Source: Azolla caroliniana (taxonomy: Eukaryota; Plantae; Polypodiophyta). From it: a stretch of DNA of 64,000 nt. The DNA lies in NCBI GenBank assembly GCA_043228905.1, contig JBHGNT010000017.1, positions 16,182,001 to 16,246,000 of the forward strand, given 5' to 3'. A program made the translations under genes and the position numbers. Numbering within the stretch: the first letter of the stretch is position 1; the number at the start of each line of letters is the position of its first letter. Below are positions 1 through 10,074 of the stretch, in pieces. A model generated the notes under the pieces. The model worked only from the letters and a program-made list of their open reading frames with translations, had not been told where the DNA came from and did no database searches.

Positions 1-219
1 TTGCAACGCTGCTTCGAGTTGTTGCACACGTAACACTAACTCCCCATGTTGCTATTGCAACTCCTCATGTTGTTGTTGCATTTGCTGTTTTTCTGGGGCG
101 ATTTGTTGAAGATTCCCTAACAATAGTTGGTTTTCTTGTTCCAAGGCAACAAAATTTTCTTTTAGACACTGTAGCTCGGAGAAAACGGATTGGTATTCTT
201 GGGCGCTAACAGAAGCCAT
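1..219 (-). pseudogene. gag: N-terminus of Gag of a Tcn1-like chromovirus (runs off the window)
   Basis: ATG at 219 (MASVSAQEYQSVFSELQCLKE) aligns with the Gag start near 53445 (MATVSAEEYQSVFSEFKCLKE); premature TAG at 52-54. Confidence 0.8.
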
Positions 220-287
220 TGTATAGAAAAAGGATAAGAGGATGAGGGAAACCAAAAGAAAGACTAGAGAGGGAAATTGGTTCAAAC

Positions 288-742
288 TGTCAGGAATAGT
301 AATAAAACAGAGAGAGAATTAGTACTAGAGAAGGGAAGTACTATTAGTACTAAGAGGACGGGATTGCATAAGACTCCTGAGAGAGAGAAAAAGAGAAGAG
401 GAGAGAGAGAGAGATGGCGAGGACGAGAGAGAGAGAAAGAGAGAGATGATGATAATAGATGATATATTATGTGAAGAGTAAGTACAAAAGGGCTATGGGG
501 CTTAAGACTGGCGTTGAACCAATTTGGTTCAAAATAATGCCTAGTGCCTTCTTTTATAGTGTTCTTAGGAGTAATCCTGAAGCTTCTAGAATGTTCTAGA
601 GAAATCTGGAATATACATTAATTTCCTATAATAAAACTTAAATGAAAATAATATCCTACGCATTATAATAGATGGTATAATGGTCAAGAGCTCGACCCAT
701 ATAACATAAGGTCATGGGTTCGAGTCTTGCCATATCATGGTA
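288..742 (-). mobile_element. 5' LTR of a Tcn1-like chromovirus
   Basis: Colinear with the LTRs at 49066-49496 and 53520-53949 (tgtcaggaa...gccatatcatg); adjacent to PBS-position sequence 274-287 and gag. Confidence 0.85.
673..727 (+). promoter_or_regulatory. tRNA-like Pol III type-2 internal promoter (A box + B box) in the LTR U3
   Basis: TGGTATAATGG at 673-683 and GGTTCGAGTCT at 717-727; 44 nt start-to-start, as in tRNA genes. Confidence 0.6.
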
Positions 743-1209
743 GTACGGGGTTGTCGTTCTCTCACCACATACACCTTTGTACATATGGTAAACGTCGGTC
801 GCGAGGAGGGCTCACATTGTCTCTTCAAGCTTGGGCGATCTGGAGGTCCCTTACCATTTTCTTTAATTCTTCTAATGCCGACCATCCAGACGACCCTTCT
901 ACAATGTTGGTTGAGGGTGGCGGGCCCGTATTGCCTCGCCTTCTCGTCCCTTTGACCTTGGTAGGCCCCTCCATTGTTCTGCCTTCATAGGTTTGGCCAC
1001 TTGACGAACTCTCATCGTTCCACTCATGTCTCTTATTGAAGCGGCTGCAAACCCTTTTTATCGTGGTCCAATCTATTGTGAGCCCATCTTCTGTCTCGAG
1101 GAGGAGACCCACCTTCTCCCGGTCTCAGACATCAACAACTTTAATGAGCAATAAGACCTTGCTCATGTTGAGCACCGTCCTATCGAGCGCTGAGAGTTGT
1201 GCGAAGCAT
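743..1209 (-). pseudogene. gag: Gag fragment of the tRNA-Trp-primed gypsy group, cut on both sides by later insertions
   Basis: GLLLETEDGLTIDWTTIKRVCSRFNKR aligns with GSFLEDETQPNGLVADWAAVKKACSRFDKR (42685 ORF) and GIELEDDDGANGLTEDWAKVERVCRRHDER (31668 ORF). Confidence 0.8.
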
Positions 1210-1789
1210 TGTTAAGCGCTTGGATCACACCATGATCGGTAATGAAGAAGAGCGCATCGACAAGGACGTAGTATGGCTAAAGGACCTACGAAGAGGGAAT
1301 GGCAAGAGGAAATAGGACTAAGGGACGACCAAGTGTGAAAGGTCCACACCCTAAATGTAAATGCTATATAAACCACATAGTGGTGGCTTTGTAAGGGTTC
1401 TTCCATTTGTAAAGATCTCCCTATTGATTAAGAACTCGAGCTTCCTCTCCTCCTTGTAACCTTTAAGCTTAAGAGAGATTAGTGAGGTGTTTAGTTAGAG
1501 AACACTAACCTCTCTTCCTTGTTGGCGCTAGAACTCTTAGCAAATAGGGTTAATAAACATATTCATTACTCTTATTGTCTATATTCATTACCCTATTGTT
1601 TATGAGAGCGAGCTTGAGAGAGTGAGAGAGATATCATGCTTAATCATCTATTAATCATTAAGTGATTGTGAGGCTCGGAGGTGTCCGACAACCATCTCCG
1701 TCTGATTCGCCATCAAAAGGGTGTACGCCGGTCCAAACTCCGCAAACGACATCGAGGAGTTAACTCCATCGATACATAGATCCTACACA
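1210..1789 (+). mobile_element. Probable 5' LTR of element Z (Athila-like non-chromovirus Ty3/gypsy)
   Basis: TGT...ACA termini, TATA-like ctatataaa near 1364, starts where the preceding gag fragment stops, followed by a PBS; no partner LTR seen in the window. Confidence 0.55.
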
Positions 1790-1795
1790 TCTATT

Positions 1796-1813
1796 TGGCG
1801 CCACTGCCGGGGA
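1796..1813 (+). promoter_or_regulatory. PBS complementary to tRNA-Asp (Athila-type)
   Basis: TGGCGCCACTGCCGGGGA versus the canonical Athila PBS TGGCGCCGTTGCCGGGGA. Confidence 0.75.
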
Positions 1814-2189
1814 TATGATTGATGCTTGAAGTTGACTTTGAGTGGTCAAACATTCGTAGGCAACCCACTTAACGAGGGAAGAAATCGAAAGGAAATCACT
1901 ATTTATGTTAATTAATATGCCCATTATTTCACATTTTAATTAAGTTAATTTTTTGTTTTTATACTCACTATTTCACTTTTTAATTAAGTTAATTTTTAGT
2001 TTTTTAGTTTTAATTTACTCTTCCTTAATCACCCGCACAATAGCAAGCTATTCGTCCGGTTAACGCTAAGCATTGTTGAGATTTAGCCGTCACAGGGCAA
2101 GAATAATCACTGCGATTCTCGTTGATTACGATCATCCTATGGGACACGAAATGGTCGTTGGCGCCAAAAAATTCAAATTTCCCACTCAA

Positions 2190-2545
2190 AGTTCATCGAA
2201 AGATCAAAGTTTGCCAAACTTGTATCCTTCGACGAAAGATCAAAGTTTCCCAAACCGGCATCCTTTGACGAAAGATCAAAGTTTGGCAAACCCACATCCT
2301 TCGACGAAAGATTAAAGTTTGCCAAACCCACATCTTTTGACGAACCCACATCCTTCGAAGAAAGATCAAAGTTCAACGAACCCACAACTTTCGACGAAAG
2401 ATCAAGTTCGACAAGAGACCATCTTTCGACGAAAGATCATCCTTCGTCGAAAGATCAGAGTTTGATAAGGGGAGCATCTTTCGACGAAAGACCAAAGTTT
2501 GTCATACCTACAAAGTTTGATGAAGGATTACCTTTCGACGAACCC
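2190..2545 (+). repeat. Degenerate ~36-bp tandem repeat (catccttcgacgaaagatcaaagtttgccaaaccca)
   Basis: About ten full or partial copies of the ttcgacgaaagatc core; 12-aa periodicity in ORFs 2073 and 2173. Confidence 0.85.
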
Positions 2546-2608
2546 ACAAAGCTTGACAAGAGAACATGGCCAGATCGTCATGGACAAAGATGTTCAAAAC
2601 CCAACCCA

Positions 2609-3211
2609 TGTTGGTAGACAGGTCCCTCCGGATGGGAAGGGAGAAGAACAGTGCCGACGAACAAACTCGGCCGAGGCCGAAACGGTATGAACCGGATGGG
2701 GAGAACCCGACTTCGGAGAGTCGGATGGTGTAGGCCCGGTATGAAGTACCTGACTGCGGAGACCCGGATGGAGCCCATCGAGGCCACATTTGTAAATAGC
2801 CGAAAAGTCATATTAGTATAAATATGACTTAGGGCAAACTGTTGTTAATTTTATAATTCTTTTTTCTTGTTGGTGCAAGAAGAAATCAGAGCGCGTAACT
2901 GTACAGAGAAAGAGAGAGAGAGAGACGAGGTCGTTGCCTCTGTTGTAACCGCCGCCTGTGGCGAAGATCTGAGAACACGAGGTCGTTGCCTCAGTGATCT
3001 CACTGTTGTATATTTCTGCATAGTGACAGTTTGCAGCTCGTGGGCTGCCGTGGTTTTTCCCCTATTTTGGGGTTTTCCACGTATACCTCCTGTGTACCAT
3101 TTCTCCTCTTTTTTTTTCTTTTGTGTCGCGTTTCATTACCTGTTTTCTGTGTATGAAAAGAATCTCGGTTGTGGCCGAGCGTCGGACATAAGGAACGTCG
3201 AGTTCCCAACA
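2609..3211 (+). repeat. 5' LTR (603 bp)
   Basis: Direct repeat of 7295-8003 with about 5 substitutions; one 54-bp U3 unit. Confidence 0.95.
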
Positions 3212-3241
3212 AGTGGTATCAGAGCGAAATCGACACAGAAA

Positions 3242-6200
3242 ATGGACGAATCGTTTGGCGGCATGTTCAAGCTCACCGGCTCCAACTATTCAGTGTGGAA
3301 GTCGAAGATGAGGGACATGCTCGTGGTTAAAGACCTCTGGCTGCCGGTTCAGTTCGGGGACAAGAGACCGGACAAAATCGACGCCGCGATATGGGAGGTG
3401 ATGCACATGAAGACAACGGCGTACATACGGTGCTTCATCGACATGAGCCTGTACAACAACTTCAATGAAGAGAGTAAGGCTCATGAGCTCTGGGAGAAGA
3501 TCGGCACAATGTTCCAGAACAAAAATGCTCTCAATCAGGCGTCGGTATTCCGGAAGCTTGTAAGACTCCGGTACCAAGATGGCTCCAGCATGGCGGAGCA
3601 TATGAATGCCTTCCAGGGGCTGATTCACCAGGCAAGGTCATTGGAAGTACCTCTTGCCGATGAGGTCCTAGCGCTACTCCTGCTCGGTTCCCTCCCGGAT
3701 AGCTGGGAGACGTTAGTTGTTACTTTGGGCAACGCCGGGCTGGAAGGAAAACGGCTATCCCTAGCAAGAGTAAAATCGAGCTTGCTAGATGAGGAGGCTC
3801 GTCGGAAAGACAAAGATACGAGCTCCGACTCCAAAGCGCTCCTTACCGAATCAGAACGCGGAAGACATAGAAACCATAGTCCCCAGAACCGGGAGAAGTC
3901 GGGGACACGATCAAAGTCAAGGGGGAGGCCGACTTGCTTCTATTGCGGCAAGCCGGGACACTTCCAAAAGAACGATCGGCATTTCCGTAAAGACAAGGAA
4001 ACCGACGGTACCGATTCGAAGCAAACCCCGAACCGGAACGGTACAGACCGGAACGGTAAAGACCGGAGGGGGCCGGACCGGAAGGGAACGACGGCAATTG
4101 CGGCAAGTGAAGAGGAGTTGATGCTCATCACCGAAGAGAGTGAGATAAACCATGCCGGCGATGAGATGACCTGGGTGGTAGACTCCGGAGCGTCGTTCCA
4201 CCTTACCCCGGACCGGAAATGCTTCTCATCCTACTCAGCCGGTGATCACGGCTGTGTCCGGATGGGGAATGAAGGAACATGCCGAATTGTCGGCATAGGA
4301 GACGTGTGGCTGACAACACCAACCGGATGCAAGTTGCTGTTGAAAGATGTCCGACACGTTCCGGAAGTTCGTCTGAACCTGATATCAGCCGGTTGGCTAG
4401 ATGATGAAGGCTACACGGGTAGCATCCGGAACGGTGTCATGAAGTTCAGCAAAGGGAGCCTGATTGTGGCTCGGGCCCGGAAGGTAAACACACTGTACCT
4501 GATGAATGCCCGATTATGTCCGGAAGAAGTGAACGTGGCCTCCGACACTGCCGGTGAGCTGTGGCACAAGAGGCTATGTCACATGAGTGAGAAGGGGATG
4601 AAGAGGCTTGGAGACGACAACCTCATTCCAGTTAAGAACGTGCACTTAGAGAAGTGCACTGATTGTCTGGCCGGTAAGCAGAACCGGACCTCCTTCTGAC
4701 CAAGGCCACCGATGAGACGTAATGCACCACTGGAGTTGGTGCATACAGATGTTTGTCAAGTAGACACGAAGTCACATGCCGGAGCGCAGCACTTCGTGAC
4801 GTTCATAGATGACCACAGCCGGAAGATGTGGGCCACACCGCTGAAGACGAAGGATCAGGTGTTATCCGTCTTCAAAGAGCTCCACGCGAGAGTGGAAAGA
4901 GAAACCGGCCGGAAGCTGAAGGTGGTTCGAGCAGATAACGGAGGTGAGTACCGGGGGCAGTTCGAGGAGTACTGCCGCTCGAAGGGAATCCGGCTCGAAT
5001 TTACCGTGCCGAAGAGGCCGAGAGGATGAACCGGACCATAATGGAGAGGGTCCAGAGTATGCTAGCGCATGCAAAACTACCCAAGAAGTTTTGGGCTGAG
5101 GCATTGTCGACGGCGACATATGTGATAAACAGATCACCCTCAGTACCCCTGGACGGAGACACGCCACAGAGAGTATGGACCGGTAAGGAAGTGTCCTACC
5201 GGCATCTAAGGGTGTTCGGGTGTCTCGCGTACGTGCATGTAGCAAAGGACCGGAGAGGAAAGCTAGATCCAAAGACCCGGCCATGCATATTCCTCGGTTA
5301 CGGTGACGATGAGTTCGGCTACCGAGTGTGGGACCCGGTCGACAAGAAGATATTCCGGAGTCGGGATATTATCTTCATGGAGGACAAGACGCTCGCCGAC
5401 TGGGAGTCGGAGAAGAAGATAGTGAACTCCGAGTCGACCGGTAAGGATAGACTCTACAATGAGCAGACCCAACCGGCAAGAGACCGGTTAGCACTCGAGG
5501 AACCAGCCGGTTACGGTGAGGATACCGAACCGGCAGAAGAAGAAGTAGAGGAAGCTGAGACCGGAACCGGTCAAGACCCCGAATCGGATTCGGATGAAGA
5601 GCAAATGGAGGAACCGATTACCGAAGCCCGAAGACGTAGATATCCTCTCAGAGAGAGAAGGGCGCCCCGGAGATTTCCGGATGCAGAGCATGTCCTGCTA
5701 ACCGATGAGGGGGAGCCGGAAAGCTTCGAAGAAGCGAAGGAAGACATCCACAGCCGAAAATGGTTAAGTGCCATGCAGGATGAGATGGATTCCCTGCATG
5801 AGAACCATACGTACGAATTGGTGGAGCTGCCGAAAGAAAAGCGGGCACTCCGAAACAAGTGGGTGTTCAAGTTGAAACCGGGAGGTGCCGGCAACCCCCC
5901 GAGATACAAAGCCAGGATCGTGGTGAAGGGGTTCCAGCAGAAAAAGGGCGTGGACTTCGACGAAATATTCGCCCCGGTAGTAAAGATGACCTCCATCCGG
6001 ACGGTGCTAAGTATAGCAGCAAGCATGGATCTCGAGGTAGAGCAGCTGGACGTGAAGACGGCATTCCACCACGGCGACCTCGAAGAGGAAATCTACATGC
6101 AGCAACCGGAAGGATTTGTGGAGAAAGGGAAGGAGCACCTGGTATGCCGGTTGAAGAAGAGCCTGTACGGATTGAAGCAGGCTCCCCGGCAATGGTATCG

Positions 6201-7284
6201 GAAGTTCGACTCCTTCATGACCGATCAAGGGTACCACAAGACGCAGGCCGATCACTGCGTGTTTGTGAAGAAGTTCGAAGGAGGGGACTTCCTGATACTC
6301 CTCCTTTACGTGGATGACATGTTGATCGTCGGACGAGACAAAGGCAAAATACGGATGCTGAAGAAGGCTCTCAACCGGACCTTCTCAATGAAAGACCTGG
6401 GTCCGGCAAGACAGATGTTGGGGATGCACATCATTCGGGACCGGTCAGTGAAGGAACTATGGCTGTCACAGGAGAAGTATGTGACAAAGGTGCTTCACCG
6501 GTTCAACATGTCAGATGCAAAACCGGTCGGATCGACACTTCCGGTAAACTGCAAGTTGTCCGGCAAGCAAAGCCCGAAGACAAAAAGAGAGAAGGCAGAT
6601 ATGATGAAGATTCCATATGCCTCTGCCGTCGGGAGCTTGATGTACGCAATGGTTTGTACCCGACCGGACATTGGATACGCAGTCGGAGTGGTGAGCCGGT
6701 TCATGAGTAATCCCGGCAAGGAGCATTGGAATGCGGTCAAGTGGATACTCCGGTATTTGAAGGGCACTTCAAATATGTGTCTCCAATTCGGCACCGGAAA
6801 ACCTCAACTGGACGGTTTCACCGATTCGGACATGTCGGCTGATGTGGATACCAGCCGGTCTACATCCGGGTATGTGATGATACATGCAGGGGGAGCTGTC
6901 TCGTGGCAGTCGAGGCTGCAGAAGACGGTTGCATTGTCAACCACAGAGGCGGGGTACATGGCGGCTGTGGAAGCCGGCAAGGAAATATTATGGATGAAGA
7001 ACTTCATCGGGGAGCTCGGTATCCGGCAAGAGGAATACCGACTCTACTGCGACAGTCAAAGTGCCATCCACCTTGCTAAGAATGCGGCCTACCATTCCCG
7101 GACAAAGCATATCCAGCGGAGGTATCACTGGATTCGGGAAAGGGTAGATGACCAGGAGTTCACATTGGCGAAGATCCACACGGCCGAGAACGGGTCAGAT
7201 ATGCTGACCAAAGTGCTGACACCCGACAAGCTGGACGCGTGCCGGAAGAGGATCGGGCTGGAAAGACACCCCATGCCGGAGTGA
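3242..7284 (+). pseudogene. gag-pol: Copia gag-pol polyprotein with one premature stop and one frameshifting deletion
   Basis: Zinc knuckle CFYCGKPGH; protease WVVDSGASFH; GAG-pre-integrase LWHKRLCH; integrase FIDD/RADNGGEY; RT LYVDD; RNase H LYCDSQSA. CGA>TGA at 4697-4699; small deletion near 5013 relative to TVPKTPELKGLAERM in the 20749 copy. Confidence 0.95.
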
Positions 7285-7294
7285 AGGGGGAGTT

Positions 7295-8003
7295 TGTTGG
7301 TAGACAGGTCCCTCCGGATGGGAAGGGAGAAGAACAGTGCCGACGAACAAACTCGGCCGAGGCCGAAACGGTATGAACCGGATGGGGAGAACCCGACTTC
7401 GGAGAGTCGGATGGTGTAGAAACGGTATGAACCGGATGGGGAGAACCCGACTTCGGAGAGTCGGATGGTGTAGGCCCGGTATGAACCGGATGGGGAGAAC
7501 CCGACTTCGGAGAGTCGGATGGTGTAGGCCCGGTATGAAGTACCCGACTGCGGAGAGCCGGATGGAGCCCATCGAGGCCACATTTGTAAATAGCCGAAAA
7601 GTCATATTAGTATAAATATGACTTAGGGCAAACTATTGTTAATTTTATAATTCTTTTTTCTTGTTGGTGCAAGAAGAAATCAGAGCGCGTAACTTTACAG
7701 AGAAAGAGAGAGAGAGACGAGGTCGTTGCCTCTGTTGTAACCGCCGCCTGTGGCGAAGATATGAGAACACGAGGTCGTTGCCTCAGTGATCTCACTGTTG
7801 TATATTTCTGCATAGTGACAGTTTGCAGCTCGTGGGCTGCCGTGGTTTTTCCCCTATTTTGGGGTTTTCCACGTATACCTCCTGTGTACCATTTCTCCTC
7901 TTTTTTTTTCTTTTGTGTCGCGTTTCATTACCTGTTTTCTGTGTATGAAAAGAATCTCGGTTGTGGCCGAGCGTCGGACATAAGGAACGTCGAGTTCCCA
8001 ACA
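7295..8003 (+). repeat. 3' LTR (709 bp) with three 54-bp U3 units
   Basis: 106 bp longer than the 5' LTR: two extra 54-bp units minus one AG. Confidence 0.95.
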
Positions 8004-8112
8004 ACCCACACGTCAGGAGGAGTCCACCCAAACCAACCAAACGCATGGTGCTGACCCATCTAACCCGACTTGATACCACGGAGGGTGGTTAACCCCAAGG
8101 ACGCTACCAAAC

Positions 8113-10000
8113 ATGAACCTCCCATCGAGCCCAATAACTAAAGCACCTCTCAACGCACCCCCACTGCGAGAGAGCCCAATGGCAGACCCACTCCGCGTAG
8201 AGCAACACATACGGGATGCCACGCAGGAGTTACGTGTGATAGAACAAGAAATCAATATATGGGTGATGCAATTCGTGAAAGGGGGACAACCGGAAATCAT
8301 CACCCGAGATATTGAAGCTGCTTTGGTAGAAAGGAAAGACAAGTTTGCACGAGTGCAACACAAACCTCACCTCCTAGAAGCATCGTCACATACGCACTGT
8401 CGAGGCCGTGAGCCCAGCCCCACACCGCATTCGAGCACAATGGGTGACAACCCAAATGAGGCAGACACGCAACGACACCCGACACCACCACATATGGACA
8501 CAACCCCTACACCCGACCAAACTACCTCAACACCCCCGAACGCTGAACTCACACTAGCATTACAATCCATCCAAATCCTCATGGCATTGATGGAAAAAGA
8601 GTGAGCGCCCACAGACCATTCGAGAAATCCAACAAACGACAGCGGGAAGAGTGCTTCCATTTCTAAACTAGTGCCCCGTTTTCTCGGTTTCGATGACGCC
8701 TATGATCATGTCCAGAGGTTAAAGCAGATCTGTCGCACTTATGAGCCCCTCATAGAGATCAAAGTAGCCGCATTTGGACTTACACTCGATGACCAAGCCT
8801 GAATTTGGTTTAGAACCTTGAATGAGGCGATTGTCGGGGACTTCGAGTATGTCATTGAATATTTCCTGATAAACTTTGCTCGCCGAGGCAATAAATGGAA
8901 CCCGATCGACCAACTTTTCGCCCTCAAGCAAGAAGCGAATGAGACGGTCAGGGACTACACACGCCGCACAAAAAGCCTGCACCATCGTTGTAGCCCGAGC
9001 GACAAATATCAAAGAACAAATTGATGAGCCGCATCATCAATGGGTTGTTCGATCCGACGCTCCAAAATTTCCCGATTGCAAGGATGTGTCTGTCGTTCGC
9101 CGAGGCATGCACAACAGTGATGACTTTTGAAGATTCAATGAGCGGGTTACGAATACTCACTCAAGTGCCTACGAACAACTGTGAGAAACCCTCGGATTCC
9201 ACTCCACCCATGCCACTAAGAACACCCCATATAGAAAGACCCCAAGCGTACGCCCAAAGAGAAAATGTAAGGTGCACAGTATGCCATGGCCATCACATGG
9301 GGCATGAGTGCCCCCTCCTCGACCAATGGCGGCCGCAATACTGTAAGTGGTGCAAAGCTTTCGTGATGCATTCTCAAGAGAAATGTTGGCAAGCTCCAAA
9401 CGAAAGGTATAGCCAAACACCAATGGTGGAGCACCCACGCTCACCTCCACCGCTTAGTCGCCCACAACTACCAGCAATACTTCCCCAACAACCCTCACTA
9501 CCGCGTATCGGGACTTGCCTTGCCGATCTAGAATATACCACCGATAACCGAACCCATGTCGGGGGGAGCGCTCCCGAATATGAAGACTCATAATGAGAGT
9601 ATGGTGTTGAAGAAGAGGTGCTTTCCCACTTTGTAGACTTCGAAGGCGACCAAATACCGGTGTATGTCTTGAGAAGAGAACAACGGGGGTTGTCGATGGG
9701 ATATCGCAACAATAATGGTCTAAGGAGGTCAAAATTGAAAGGTTTCAATTGCCAAGGTCCACATATGGTTAGTGAGTGCCCAACCAAACATGAATACTAC
9801 TACTGGATGGAACAACGTCCACGACACCCCTCACTCGAAACACCCCCACAACCACCGGTGCAAAGTCTCACCCAACAGTCATAGGACTTTATCGAGTGGT
9901 TCCAAAGAGAAGCAACATGTTCAGGGTGTGGTAAAGAGCAATTAGTACCTGATTGCCTAGAAAAAAAGAAAAGGATTGGCGCAAATATGTTATCTATCGT
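8113..10000 (+). pseudogene. gag: Degenerate gag region of element Z
   Basis: Fragments with the capsid-like motif LKQEANETVRDYTRR and Cys/His knuckles (CTVCHGHHMGHEC, FNCQGPHMVSEC); many stops and frameshifts. Confidence 0.75.
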
Positions 10001-10074
10001 ACCATGAGTGGTTGGCACCAACATCATCACACGAGCTCAAAGAGTAGCTCATAACTTAAAATATCAGCACTGTC

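Larger units (their letters stand above)
2609..8003 (+). mobile_element. Full-length Ty1/copia retrotransposon, Tnt1/Tork-like
   Basis: LTRs 2609-3211 and 7295-8003 (TG...CA); TSD ACCCA (2604-2608 and 8004-8008); PBS TGGTATCAGAGC 3214-3225; PPT 7284-7292; domain order gag-PR-IN-RT-RH. Confidence 0.97.

Noticed and set aside
52-54. Conserved read-through TAG in both chromovirus gags
   Set aside because: The stops are at different Gln codons in the two copies, consistent with independent C>T decay
2150-2172. PBS-like TGGCGCCAACG on the minus strand
   Set aside because: No adjacent LTR CA end and no matching element structure
2867-3241. Hydrophobic N-terminal extension of the 610-aa ORF
   Set aside because: It is read-through of LTR R/U5 sequence; Gag starts at the ATG at 3242, after the PBS
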